From assembly GCF_009914755.1 (NCBI RefSeq), contig NC_060931.1: a DNA stretch of 64,000 nucleotides. One strand, written 5' to 3'. The position numbers were made by a program, and so were the translations under genes. This document shows, piece by piece, positions 28,780 through 42,385 of this stretch. Source of the stretch: the human T2T-CHM13v2.0 reference genome, Homo sapiens. Below the pieces are notes generated by a model that saw nothing but the letters and a program-made list of their open reading frames with translations, had not been told where the DNA came from and ran no database searches. Position 1 is the first letter of the stretch. Every line of letters starts with the position of its first letter.

Positions 28780-29778
28780 ACCTTTCTGCCACCCCATTAC
28801 TGGCTGGTGAATGTAGAAGTCCAGTATCACCACTAGGCCTTTGTTAACATCTGAGTTATACTTGGACTCCTCATTATTGTTATGTAAAGATGAAAGTTTT
28901 GTTCCCCATTCGGTCTTTACTGGCATCATTATGGTGTGTTATTGTTAATGCTGGGTGTTGGTGAAGGTCCTGGTTTTTTTGTTTTTGTTTTTGTTTTTTG
29001 ATGGAGTCTTGCCTTGTTGCCCAGGCTGGAGTGCAATGGCGCAATCTTGGCCCACTGCAAGCTCCATCTCTCAGGTTCATGCCATTCTCCTCCCTCAGCC
29101 TCCTGAGTAGCTGGGACTACAGGCACCCACCACCACGCCTGGCTAATTTTTTGTATTTTTAGTAGAGACAGGGTTTCACCTTGTTAGCCAGGATGGTCTC
29201 GATCTCCTGACCTCATGATCTGCCCGTCTCGGCCTCCCAAAGTGCTGGGATTACAGGTGTGAGCCACCATGCCCGGTCCCAAGGTCCTGGCTTTTAACTG
29301 AGTCTTCTCTGATACCATTCTGGGATATGTGTTGAGGTGCTCATTACAGTCTCATGAATGTGGATGTTTAAAATCTGTACTCAGTCTTTCACGTGGAAAA
29401 AGGGGACACAGTTTTGTTCTGTGGTATTTGGCTGGAATTGAGTGACTGTTGTCTGCATGCTTTCTGCCTTTGCTAGGTTGACCCTTTCAGTCATACTTTT
29501 TGGGGGCTTTTCTTTCTGTGGCTGTAGGTATTTCTGAATTTCTTGTTTCTCCATTCTAACTCTAGGCTACATGAGGTTAAAAGAAAACACAGGGATCTTT
29601 CCACCATGTTGTTCCTCGGGTTTTGAGGTCCCTAGGCATTCTTCTTTCTTCTTTTTACCTTTCAGAATCTTCTTATGTTGTTTTATATGTATGTTTTTAT
29701 GTCCAGAGTTTAAGATGTACTTATCAGGAGGAATAGGGAAATGAATGTCCACTCTATCATATCCTGGAAGAGGAAGTC
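28780..29778 (-). mobile_element. L1MC-type 5' end (L1MCa-like), interrupted by AluY
   Basis: Minus strand begins GACTTCCTCTTCCAGGATATGATAGAGTGGACATTCATTTCCCTATTCCTCCTGATAAGTACA...AACAACATAAGAAGATTCTGAAAGGT, matching recalled L1MC 5' consensus. Confidence 0.65.
28974..29279 (-). mobile_element. AluY
   Basis: Diagnostics GCAAGCTCC, GCCATTCTCC, TTAGCCAGGATGGTCTCGATCTCCTGACCTC; TSD AAGGTCCTGG at 28964 and 29281. Confidence 0.95.
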
Positions 29779-29829
29779 TCTCTCTATCTCTGTGTGTGTT
29801 GAAAATGCTACATATTTATCAGTTGAGAG

Positions 29830-30570
29830 ACAAAGAAGGACTAGATTAGGGAGGGCATTGTGTGCCAGGGAATTCCAACTAAATAATCAAAAGAAACCAT
29901 TGGAGAATTTTGGAAAAGATAACTGATGTGACCAAGTAGTATTTTATTAATTTTTTTTTGGATACAGTTTTAGTCTGTAGGAGCAATTAGAAGGAGAAGT
30001 AACAGGAGGCCAATTAGAAAACTGTTACAGTAACTACATTAGAGTATTTGGGATGGTGAAAAAAGAAAAGAAAGATTGAGTTCACATTATATTTTATTAT
30101 TAACAGCAACAACAAACATGTGCTGTGGAGATGCTATGAGCAAGGTGATGGCAGAGATAATGGACATAAAAGATGAAGAAGACGTGGGGTCCTTTTTCAA
30201 TGAGTTGAAGTCTAGCAGAGAAGAGATGCATATAAGAATAATGGAAAACTTGTAACAGGTCAAGAGATTGAATTGTGAGCTGACAGAGAAAGTGATGACA
30301 TAGTCCAAAAATGAAAAAGTGTGGGAAAAGAGTAGTTTTTAAGAGGAAGATCAAGTTTTAGATGTGTTGATTTTAATGTGAAGTGAAATATCCTAATGCA
30401 GATTCTCTGAAAGCAGTTGATTGATGAAAGACTGGAATTTAAGTAGAAGTAATGATCAGAATTAATGTACAGCTTTAATAGAAAATTTTTCCTCAAAGGC
30501 AATTTTGTAGAAGCTCTTGATATGATAATTTTAAAACAGAATAGCCCTACACCACGATTTATTGGAACTT
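29830..30570 (-). mobile_element. L2 fragments
   Basis: Purine-rich degenerate L2 motifs (GAAACCATTGGAGAATTTTG, GGAGGCCAATTAGAAAACTGTTACAGTAA, AGTTTTAGATGTGTTGA). Confidence 0.55.
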
Positions 30571-30584
30571 TGAATAGAACCCAT

Positions 30585-30790
30585 CATAGGGTGGAAAGAG
30601 CATGGATTTTGGAATCAGGATTAGCTAAGTTTAAACTCCAAACATTGCTTACTAGTATTTGATCTTAGAGCTTCAATTTCATCTGTCAGATGGGATTCTA
30701 TTACTAAGTAATTAATGTTATTCTGTGGTTTATATAACATGTGAGTTAAAATGCCTGACACATAGAAAGAACTTACAGGTATTAATCCTC
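30585..30790 (+). mobile_element. MIR
   Basis: GTGGAAAGAGCATGGATTTTGGAATCAG...TTCATCTGTCAGATGGGAT...TGCCTGACACATAG. Confidence 0.75.
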
Positions 30791-30846
30791 TTCCTTTTTA
30801 TTGACCTTAGGTTTGTTTTGGAAGCAAATACCACATTGAAAATTCA

Positions 30847-30996
30847 TTTTAAGTTCTTTGAGAAATCTCCAAACTTCTTTCCACAGTGTCTGAACTAATT
30901 TACAATCCCCCAATAGTGTATAACCCATGTAACAAACCTGCACATGTACCCCCTACATCTAAAATAAAAGTTGAAGAAAAAACCCAAAAAACAAAA
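30847..30996. mobile_element. Short 5'-inverted L1PA15/16-like insertion (30847-30923 minus; 30924-30996 plus with A-tail)
   Basis: Reverse ORF2-end sequence (TTCTTTGAGAAATCTCCAAACT...TGAACTAATTTACA) abutting forward 3' end CCCATGTAACAAACCTGCACATGTACCCCCT...AAATAAAAGTTGAA + A-rich tail. Confidence 0.85.
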
Positions 30997-31379
30997 CACT
31001 CCACAAAATTTGTACTATGTGTTTTAAACTGTCTTTGATGCAGTTCCTGTTTTTTTTTTTTTTTCACCATTGATTATAGTTTCAAACCTAAACATAAGAG
31101 TGAAAATTTTATTCACTGTTTTTGGCCATTAATTGCTCATTATATGACAATGTCAAGCTACACAATTTAGCAATACCAATGTCAAATACATTACTTACAA
31201 TTATTTGAAAGTAATCTGCATATAACACAGCAAAATTTTTGTCAAGGCTGAGAGTTGATAACTCAAAGAACTTTGCGCCAAGGAGATGTCAGATGAGCTA
31301 ATAGCTTGAGCAGGAGGTACTCAAGGAAGGCTTTTATGAGATGGAGGATATTTATATTGTCTTTATTTTCTCTGTCTCG

Positions 31380-32949
31380 TCACCTCTCACCCTCCCTTCA
31401 ATCCAGTAAATCAGGCTTTTATCCTGTTACTGATTGACACTGTTTGAGATCATCAAACACTCACATTCTCTTCTACATTTCCCAACTTCCAATACCATGT
31501 CATTGGATTTTGGTCAATGGGCACGGAAATGATGTAAACAATTTTCAGACAAGGTCTTTAACAATATGCCATTCTCTCTCTCACTCTCTTCCTTTACAGT
31601 AACAAACTTGGAGGCCATTTGTTTAAAATGGCATTATACAAGATGAGTGAGGGCTGCCAAACCGGATAAGAGTTCAATGATTGACCCCTGGACATGGCAT
31701 GTTTAACAAATAAACCTTTATTGGGTTAAGCCACTGATATTTGGGGGTGTATTTGTTACAACACCGTATCTTGACCACCATTCCCTAATACATGTTCTCA
31801 CAATCCCACCAATTCAGCTCTTATTAAAATCATCAGTGCCTTCCATCTTCTGTCCTCATCTTATTGACTTCTTGGTGTTCAGCAGTTACTCGCTGTCTCC
31901 TTTAACCACCTTTCTTTTGACCTTCACAACAGCACTCCTTCTCAGCTTCCTTTGCTCTGCTCCTTTTATGGTCACCCTGTAAGTGCTAGAGTATCCCTAG
32001 TCTTGGTCCTTTATTACCTCTTCTTACATTAATATCCAGTCCCATAGCTTTAAATAACAGCTCTATGTCTATGACTTTCACATTTGTTTCTCTAAGTAAT
32101 ACCTTCATATCAGTTCTAAACCGGTAAAACCAACTTCTTACTTGAAATCTCTGCTTGCATGTCAAATATGCAAGTCAAAGTTAATATTGACATAGGAAGT
32201 CTTCAGTTTTGTCCAACAAAATCTTTTTCTTCCTAGTTCTTCCTGTCTCATACAATGGCTCCACCACCCACTCATTTACACAAACCAAAAACCTAGAGGT
32301 CATTCATTGATTGAGCTCTTCGTCCACATCACCACTCAGTCTATGTCCCATCCTTTATGAATGGCCATGCTCATGACCATATTCACTGCTGTCACCCCAT
32401 TAGAGACTACTGTCTTTCTTACCTATCTTGCCATGGTTTCTCTCAACTGTTCTCATTGCTTCTCTTAGTTGGCTATAGTCCATTTTTCATTCTCTAGCCA
32501 GGCTACTCTTTTTAATGTATAAGTAAATTCATGCCATTCTCTTTATTAAGATTCTACAGTTATAAACTACCAGACTTAAAACTGCATTTCCTTATGATCT
32601 TCAGGTATCTGACCATTTTAATTCTATCTACCTCTCCAACTTCACCTCCCCCTTAATCCTGTTTACCCCCATACTCCAGCCATACTACATCTTTCTTTTT
32701 CCCAAACACACTTAGCTCCTTTTTTTTCTTCCTAGATTTTTCCCAATCACCTTCTTTCTGTGTCAGGCTCCTTGAGGTTATTCACATTTCAGACACCAGT
32801 TTCACTTGCTCAGAAAGTGCCCCAGATGCTTTTATGTTTACTTTCTTTTCCTAATGTTTTCATAGTCTGCACAACACTAATAATTATGTAAATTTATCTT
32901 GTTCATTTAGATATTAATATATCTATATTACTTCTTTCTTGTTTCCCTC
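31380..32949 (+). mobile_element. L2 (L2a-like) body; its 3' end resumes at ~35480-35590 after the MLT1A insertion
   Basis: Pyrimidine-rich L2 motifs (ATCCAGTCCCATAGCTTTAAATA, CAAAAACCTAGAGGTCATTC); 3' end CAGTGCTTAACACATAAGTAGTACTCAATAAAT...TGAATGAATGA. Confidence 0.75.
31490..31792 (+). mobile_element. MLT1 (I/J-like) LTR fragment within L2
   Basis: AAATAAACCTTTATTGGGTTAAGCCACTGATATTTGGGGGTGTATTTGTTACAACA...CCTAATACA. Confidence 0.7.
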
Positions 32950-35476
32950 CACTATGGTCTGAATGTGTCCCACTCCCTCCCGAAATTTATTTTTGAGACT
33001 TAGTCCTCAATATGGTATTAAGAGGTGGCCTTTGAGAAATGATTAGGTCATGAGGGGATTAATGGGATTAATGTCCTCACAAATGGGATTAATGTCCTTA
33101 TAAAAGAGGTCTGAAAGAGCTTGTTTATTGCTTCCCCTTTGACCATGTGAGGATGAAGCAAGAAAGCAAGATCTATAAAGCAGCCCTCACCAGACACCAA
33201 ATCTGCTGGCACCATGATCTTGGACTTTCAAGCCTCCAGAACTGAGAGAACTACATATCTCTTGTTTGTAAATTACCCAGTCTAAAGTATTTTGTTATAG
33301 CAGCCCAAATGGACTAAGAAACTGGTACTGAGAAGTGAGGGTGTTGATAAATATATACATATATATACCTAAAAATGTGGAGGTGGCTTTGGAACTGGGT
33401 AATTGATAAAGGTTGGAAGAGTTTTGGAGTGCATGCTAGAGAAAGCCTATATTGATGTGAACAGGCTGTAAAGGGCAAATCTGGTGGGGGCTCAGAACCA
33501 AAAGAAAGTTGTAGAGAAACCCTCAGTATTCTAGACATTACCTAAGAGGTAGTGAACAGAATACTGGTAAAAATATGAACAGTAAAGGCTATTCTGATAA
33601 GGTTTCAGATGGAAATGTGGAACAAATTATTGGAAACTGAAGGAAAGGCAATTATTGTTTTAGAGTTGCAAATAATTTGGCTGATTGTGTTTGTGTCCTG
33701 GTGTTTTGTGGAAGGAGAAACTTGAGTGATGAAATAGGATATTTGGCAGAAGAAAGATCTAAGCAAAATGTTGAGGGAGCAGCTTGGCTTCTCTTAACTG
33801 CTTATAGTAAAATGCTAGAAGAGAGAGGTAATTTAAGGACATAACTTATAAGCGAAAGGAAAGCAGAACTTAAAGATTTGGAAAATTCTCAGCCTTCTCA
33901 GACTGTCTTGTAAGAAATGAGAAAGAATGTTTGGAAGAGTACACCAACGGTGTGGATAAAGAAATCAGTATTGATCATCCCGGTGCTATTCATTAAGACA
34001 ATTGAAAAGTTATCCTGAAGGCATTTTGGAGATCTTTAGGGCTGCCATTCTCATCACAGAGTCAAAGTTCCAAAACGTTGAGAACAGAATGGTTTCAAAG
34101 GAGGGACACAGAGTGCCTGTGGGACCTCAGGGCTCACTGCCAAGCATTGACTAAAGTCTCTGCTCCCTGAATTCAGGTGCAGTGCTCCCTGCCCAACCAC
34201 CCCAGGTGTGGCTCCAGTGGGCCCAAGGTGTGGCATGAGCCAGAGTAGCTGTCCCTTTGGAGGAAGAGGTGATAAAACTTGGCCACATCCACATGGTGCC
34301 AACTCTTCCAGTGTACATAGTGCAAGAGCTGTGGGGGTATATTTGCCTCCACCTAGATTTCAAAGAATGCCCTAGAGAGCCTCAGGACCCAGACAGAGAC
34401 TATCTACAGGGGTAGACTTACTGCAGAGCTCCCCTACTAGGACAGTGTCTAATGGTGCTGTAGGAGCAAGGTCACCACAGAGAACCCCTACTTTGACAAT
34501 ATCTAGTGGAGCAGTGGGAAGTGGAGCTGCCTCCAAAACTCCAAAATAGTAGTGCATGCAACTTAGCCTGGAAGAGCCACATGCACCTGACAGCAACCTG
34601 GCAAACCAAGGAATGGGACTGCCTGGAGTCTTAGGGACCAAACCCTGCTCCAATTTATCTGGAAAGCAAGACATAAAGAGAAGATATATTCTCAAGTTTT
34701 AAGATTTAATGTTATTTGCTTTGCTGGATTTTGGACCTACTTGAGATCTATTACTCTTTTCTTCTCTTCTATTTCTCCCTTTTGGGAGTATCTATCCTAC
34801 TCCTATGTATTCCATGTATCTAATCTCATGTATTCCATACATGGGAATGTCTATCCTAGGCCTGTCCATTGTCTCACAATTATATTTTGGCAGCACATAA
34901 CTTATTTGATTTCATGGGTTCCCGCTGGAGAACAAATTGTGTCAGGATGGATCATACCTTAAGTCCCACACAAATCTGATTTAGATGATATTTAGATAAA
35001 ACTCTGGACTTTAGACTTTGGATTTAATGTTGAAATGAGTTAAGATGTTGGGGTGATGGGATGGAATAAATGTATTTTGCATGTGAGAAGGACATGAACT
35101 TGGGATGTTCAATTATGGAATTGCTGTAGTCTGAATGTGTCCTCTCAAATTCATATGTTAAAACCTAATCCCCAATGTGGTAGTAAGAGATAAGGCCTTT
35201 GGGAGATGATTAGGTCATGAGGACTCTGCCATCATTAATAGGATTAGTGCCCTTATAAAAGATGCCTGACAGAGTTTGTTCAACCTTTCTTCTTCTACCA
35301 CGTGAGGATGCAGCAAGAAGGCACTATCTCTGAAACAGTGTTTACCAGATACTGAATCTGCTGGTGCTTTGATCTTGGACTTCCCAGCCTCCAGACCTGG
35401 GAGCAATCAATTTCTATCATTGATAAATTACCTAGTCTAAGGTACTTTATGTTAGCAGCATGAATGAACCAAGACA
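32950..35476 (+). mobile_element. Full-length MLT1A-type MaLR element (LTR 32950-33319, internal ~1.8 kb, LTR 35122-35476)
   Basis: Two homologous LTRs (CTATGGTCTGAATGTGTCC / CTGTAGTCTGAATGTGTCC ... AAATTACC(C/T)AGTCTAA); internal starts AACTGGTACTGAGAAGTGAGG. Confidence 0.92.
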
Positions 35477-37469
35477 CCGCTTGCCTGCCTTTTCCACTGA
35501 TGTATCCCAGTTCCTGAAACAGTGCTTAACACATAAGTAGTACTCAATAAATTGATATGTAAATTAATGAAAGATTGAATGAATGAGTAAATGTCATTAT
35601 CTTTGGCAGAAGGGGTTTAGCATATTAACCTATCCATGGCCTATATTTTGAGGCTTCAGTTTTCTCTTTAAGATAATTGTTTCTTATTCATGTCAAGTAA
35701 TATTAATTGTTGTGGTGGGAACACTTAATCACATTATCAGTAGCCTTCTCTCCTATGGGCAAAAATAAGTACTTTCCTTCTTTGTGTCTTCTCATGTTTT
35801 CAGGCTGTACTATCATGGGTTTTCTGACATTAGAAATCTCAGGGAATCTTACCACATAGCTGCTTACTGGCAGGGAAAATTTGTCAATACACCCCAACAG
35901 GGGATACTCTGTAAGAACCATAAGCACCTAGCATTCTTGTCCTCAGGTGACTAATTCCTGAATTGTGCATGAAAGAGTGTTAAATCACTCCAAACAAAGG
36001 AACTCTGTTTAGCTAGGAATCTTGTGTGTTCCATAATTAAAGCTTCTTTCGTAAGTCTTTTTTTCTATGTGATTTCTATCCAATATTTACTACAAAAGAA
36101 AAAATGCTTAGAAAATGAATACAACAAATCTGAATGGTCTTCCCCTTGTTGTAAAAATAGATCTTTATTATTTTGCCATTTCCTTTCAGGAATTTTTTTT
36201 TTACACTGAAAATGAAATAGTAAGAGATGAATAAGCCTAATAGATATTGGGAAAAGGAGGTAAAACATTTTCTGGGATGAGTGACTTTATTGCTTTACTA
36301 TATATTGTTTAGAAGAATGTATACATTCTACTCCTCTGGACAGGGAGAGAACAATGCTGTGACTCATGCATATTTTTCCTAATATCTCTCTCTAACAAAT
36401 GCTTGTTTGTTTGTTTGATGAACTTTGCGGAGAGCTTTTGATAATAAGGTTAAGAATTAAGACATCATCATACAGTGGTGCACAGATGGGCTTCAGCTGA
36501 TACTTCAGAAAAATAATATCTTCATCCTCCAGCTATTTTTCCATAAATCCAGGCCACCTTTCTGTTTTACAAATAACTTACTTTTAATGCTACTGCTACT
36601 TTTTGCCATGATTACAAATTGTCCTACTATTCCTGTCCTCTGAGTAATTGTATAAATAAAAAGTACAAGGTGAAGCAACTGAAATCTCATAAGGGCAATA
36701 GTTTTCCCAGATCAAACATGCTGAGTTTTTTAAGGGTCACTTTAAGTTTCTGGCAAGCTTCTTTACATTGCACCATCACGAGTCTGAAAATGAATTAGCT
36801 GCTGCATTGAGTCACCTCAGGAAATTAAGTTTCTGTGTTTGTGCTATCTCTGGGACTTGAGCAGTAGGTTTCATTTTAGTTAGAAGGAAACTATACTACC
36901 AGAAATAAGGTTCTCCCTACCATTTTTTTACCCCAGAGCTATTTCAGGTGAACAAAAATAATAAACCAGGAAAGAAAATAAAACTACCAATATCAACCAA
37001 GGCTATAAAGAAATTAGAGGAAATTATCAAATTGGTCAGCAAGACTGAAAACAAAATGTTTGAACGTTGTCCAGTCTCAATTTTGTGTATGTATGAATGT
37101 GTGTGTGTATGTGTATGTGTGTGTACTGAATATCTCTATCATACATGCAAATTTGATTTTTGAAAGTGGCAGAATCACCAAAAATCTTTATAATTTGTGT
37201 TTAGAAATTCCACTTTAGACTGTCCTACTCTTTTCCAAATCTCTATCAACCCACACCCTTAGCTGTGTGGCATCTTTTTAACATGTGGAAAAACTTTTAA
37301 TTCTGCTCTTGTACTTCAGGATTAAAATGCAAAAACATATTGATTTAGGCCAAAATAATAATATAAAGTAGTGTATATTAACATTAAAAACACATAAGGA
37401 TAAAGGATTTCACATGTGTTTGATGGCAATTATATGATGAATATATTAACAGTAGTGTTTTCTTATTTT

Positions 37470-37590
37470 GTCCTGATGATATTAAGATGAGAGGTTAAGT
37501 AACTTTTCTAAGATTGCGGAGTCAGAATTGTTGGAATAGGAAATCAAAGCTAGATCTATTGCACTACAATGGCCCTGGGCCTTATATTAT
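37470..37590 (-). mobile_element. MIR fragment
   Basis: GAGAGGTTAAGTAACTTTTCTAAGATTGC...GGAAATCAAAGCTAGATCT. Confidence 0.55.
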
Positions 37591-37779
37591 TACTTTGTTT
37601 CGCATGGATAGAAAATATGGATTAGCTGTTGGAGGAAGAAGAGAGAAGATTACTGAACTAAAGTTAAGCTTTTGATGCTTTACAATTTTAAATAAATGTT
37701 GTTATTCACTGAAGCTATAATTACATATTGTAGGCAAATTTTGGATATTTTAAGAAGTCTTAGGAACTCTTTAAAATAT

Positions 37780-37905
37780 TGTATATATATAATTGATTAT
37801 GGATATGTTGATATATATGATATATATCAACATATAAAATATGATATATATCATCACATAAAATCTGATATATATCATATATCATCAATGATATAGATAT
37901 CATTT
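37780..37905. repeat. AT-rich repeat built of TGATATATATCA units
   Basis: Directly visible; contains an inverted repeat at 37803-37835. Confidence 0.85.
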
Positions 37906-38339
37906 ATTTAAAATAACTGTGGGTATGTGATCCATTGAGAGATAAAGTTTTTAAACTGTAATTTGTCTTTCAGATTTTAATGCAACTTGTTACACAAGAT
38001 GAACCCAAACATATTTGACTTTTTATTTTCAGAAAAGCTTAATACATAGTTTTGAATATGGTAAGTGCTCAATAGTTCGCTCTTTTTTTCACCAACTATT
38101 GCCCTTGCACACACATACATTTTCATATATTATTTTAATAATTTATTTAGTAGGGTGTTTATATACATATATGCATTTTTCTACCCTGTTGTAATATTTT
38201 TCTCCACTAGTGTGTCTATACCTGATCTCAGAGATCAGGTTGTATCCTTTTCATTGATGCTTCCTTACTCATTTTATTTTCCTTTTGAATCCTCATCATA
38301 CTTGTCATTACTGGTTTAACATCCATCTTTTTTGCAAAA

Positions 38340-38460
38340 AGTCATTTCCTTGAAAGCAAGGCCATGACTATCTTGTTCACTGATATATCATCAGCCTCTA
38401 ACAAAATGAGGATAGATAGTAGGAATTTAAGAAGTATTTAATGAATTGAATTTGTATTGA
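38340..38460 (+). mobile_element. L2 3' end fragment
   Basis: TTCCTTGAAAGCAAGGCCATGACTATCTTGTTCACTG...TAGTAGGAATTTAAGAAGTATTTAATGAATTGAAT. Confidence 0.65.
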
Positions 38461-38503
38461 AATTCAGTATTTCCCTTGTAGAATGTAACTGTCCCTGGGA
38501 TGA

Positions 38504-38842
<339 letters not shown>

Positions 38843-39341
38843 CATATTTTCAAACAATATCCTAGAAGCCAGTGGTGAACGAGTAAGTGATCTATAAATG
38901 ATATAAAGATGTTTCAGAAAGTAAGTTGCTGAAATTTCAGTTGTGCTTAGGACTAACTTGTGCTTATAATGCTATTTATTATCTTGGAAAATATTTTTGA
39001 GCACCACATATCTTCCAAGCATTCTGTTAATGGTAAGGATTGAGAGAAAAATAAGATAGACTAATTAATGGATTGAACTCTTCAGGAAGATTGGAAAACC
39101 TCTGTGAAGATGCATATTACTTAGACCAGAGGTTTCCACATTTTGGATTATGTATATTCACGGAATATTTAGAAAAAGTCTGGGTCTCTTTACGTATTTA
39201 AAAATTGCCATTAAGATTTTGTCATATGTTTTAAAAAATAAATAATGTGATTTAAGGCATATTTTAAATGTTATCTCTTAAAAAAATTACCTAGAACCTT
39301 TACCTTTTAAATTTCAGTAGAATCGAAATACCACAGCACTT

Positions 39342-39882
39342 AAATTTTTTTATTTTATTTTATTTTATTTTATTTTATTTTATTTTATTTTAAGTTCCGG
39401 GATACATGTGCAGGACATGTACCATGGTGGTTTGCTGCACCTATCAACTTATCCCCTAAGTATTAAGCCCCGCATGTGTTAGCTATTTATCCTGATGCTC
39501 TTCCTCCACCTCCCCGCTATGACAGGCCCCAGTGTGTGTTATTTCCCTCCTTGTGTTCATGTGTTCTCATTGTTCAGCTCCCACTTATAAGAGAGGACAG
39601 GCAGTGTTTGGTTTTCTGTTCCTGCATTCATTTGCTGAGGGTAATGGCTTCCAGCTCCATCCATGTCCCTGCAAAGGACATGATCTGATTTATTCTTATG
39701 GCTGCATAATATTCCATGGTGTATATGTATCACATTTTCTTTATCCAGTCTGTCATTGATGGGCATTTGGGTTGATTCCATGTCTTTGCTATTGTGAATA
39801 ATGCTGCAATAAAAATATGCATGCATGTATCTTTGTAATAGAATGATTTATATTCCTTTGGGTATATACCCAGTAATGGGAT
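39342..39882 (-). mobile_element. L1PA8-10-like 3' fragment with (ATTTT)n tail
   Basis: ORF2-end peptide (FIAALFTIAKTWNQPKCPSM); TSD TACCACAGCACTT at 39329-39341 and 39883-39895. Confidence 0.95.
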
Positions 39883-40010
39883 TACCACAGCACTTTTATA
39901 TGCACAACTAGCCATTTAAAAATTCTTTAGCAAACTCTTCTTTCAATACAAATGTTAAATAATGTCTTTCATTTCTTAAATTTTATTGACATTTCATTTG
40001 CCTTAGATAA

Positions 40011-40304
<294 letters not shown>

Positions 40305-40560
40305 TTATGTTCTATGAACCCAAGATTCTGAGTGCTAAAATGTTTCTCCTAGACTGAGTTATATTTGTAATTATAATTAATACACAATTGATCAAAGTAA
40401 CATATATAAAACATGATAAGTATAAATGTATAAAATAAAAATTTTTAAATTTATATGTATAATATAAAGTACAATTTTTGTTATAAATGCAACTATTAAT
40501 TTTTAAAAGGGACTATATTTTTCACGTAGTTCATTCATATGCTCAAAAATAATTTTTTCT

Positions 40561-41281
40561 TGGCCATAATTAAAAAATAAAAAACATAATAAATGTTAGC
40601 ATGAATGTGATAAAAAAGGAACACTTTTACACTGCTGGTGGAAATGTAAATTAGTACATCCACTGTGCAAAACAGTAGGGAGATCCCTCAAAGAACTAAA
40701 AGTAGAGCTACCATTCCCCAAAGTAGAACTACTGGCAATCCCATTACTGGGTATCTACCCAAAGGAAAAGAAGTCATTATATGAAGAAGACAAATGTACA
40801 TGCATGTTTATGGCAGCACAATTTACAATAGCAAAAATATGGACCCAGTCTGAATGCCCATCAATCAAAGAGTGGATAAAGAAAATGGGGTATATATACA
40901 CCATAGAATACTACTCAGCCGTAAAACAGAATGGTAATAGTGGCTTTTGCAGTAACTTGGATGGAGTTGGGGGTCATTATTTTAAGTGAAGTAACTCAGG
41001 AATTGAAAACCAAATATTGTATGTTTTCACTTATAAGTGGGAACTAAGCTATGAGGATGCAAAAGCATAAAAATAATATAATGGACTTTGGGGATTTGTG
41101 GGGAAGGGAAGGAGGGGAATGAGAGATAAAAGACTATATATGGGGTCTGTATATTGGGTACAGTGTATACTGCTTGTGTGATGGGTGCACCAAAATCTCA
41201 GAAATCACCACTAAAGAACTTATCCATGTAACCTAAAACCACCTGTTCCCCAAAAGCTATTGAAATAAAAAAATTTTTAAA
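40561..41281 (+). mobile_element. L1PB1-like 3' fragment
   Basis: ORF 40804-40989 is the ORF2 end; 3'UTR CTAAGCTATGAGGATGCAAAAGCATAA...CTCAGAAATCACCACTAAAGAACTTATCCATGTAACC. Confidence 0.92.
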
Positions 41282-42315
41282 AGATTATTTTTTAATGTTA
41301 TAATAAGACAGGATTGAAAATCAAATCTATTCCTATTTTTCATCTTTTAAAATAGATGAATACATTGAGAAATGTTTTCTACATAAATTAGGAAATTTAT
41401 TATACATACATCACACATTTTTCTGAATTACTTTTAAGTTGTTATTATTTTTGATGCTGTATTAGCTGATGATTCAATTATGTCTTGCATATTCGATGTA
41501 AGCAAAGAGTAGAATACAATATGACTTATAAATGACACCCTGAAAGTAGACTCAACCTCTTCCTTAATTTCTGGAAAGAATATAAAAATAATTCACCAAA
41601 AATTATTCACCATTAATTGTCATTTTACTTTTACTTTGTCATTTACAATTGTACCTTGTTTAACCTGATTTTCTCAGGAAAGGTTAGAAAAATCCAAGTA
41701 TTGTTAATTTCAACATAACTTTCCTAATAAAATAGCTTTGGTAAGACTCTTTTATTTTAATGTTTTGAATGAATTATTATCAAACCTTTGGAGTTGCTGA
41801 TTTTGTTTATTTAATTTATGGGAAATATTCGCCATAAATCCTCATTGGAAAAGCCACTTATCTTTGTCAAACTCATCAATCAAATCAAAATTACTTCTTC
41901 TTATAAAAATTCCAACTTCATTTCTCATTTTAAATAAACATGTTAATATATTTCCTTGTGACAATCATCTTGAGTCTGAATTCTAAGATGAATAGATGGA
42001 TAAGGTCTAAACTTTGTCTTGAGTAGGTCGTACCCTAGATGAAATAAGGTTCCATTGCTTTTAACATGTCTTACCAATGTTCCTTCTGTTTTTTATTCAC
42101 AGGATTGTCCCACAGGATAAATGCATGAAAAAAGTTGGAAAAGAGAAATTGAATTACATCCTAATTGTAGTGTTTTCTCAGGCAGATCAATTTTAGAAAG
42201 AGAACATTGACTTGGAAAACTGAAGAGTAATTATTCTAAAACGGTTGTAACAGTTTACTCCTTTTATGTTTGCAAACTTCCAGGATTAGTGAGTTGCATA
42301 AAGTCACATAATTTA

Positions 42316-42385
42316 TTGCGTTGGTGCAAAAGTAATTGTGGTTTTTGCCATTAACAAAACCGCAATTACTTTTGCATCAGCCTAA
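42316..42385. mobile_element. MADE1 (Hsmar1-derived MITE), central deletion
   Basis: Inverted repeats TTG-GTTGGTGCAAAAGTAATTG(T)GGTTTTTG / CAAAACCGCAATTACTTTTGCATCAGCCTAA with TA on both sides. Confidence 0.95.
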
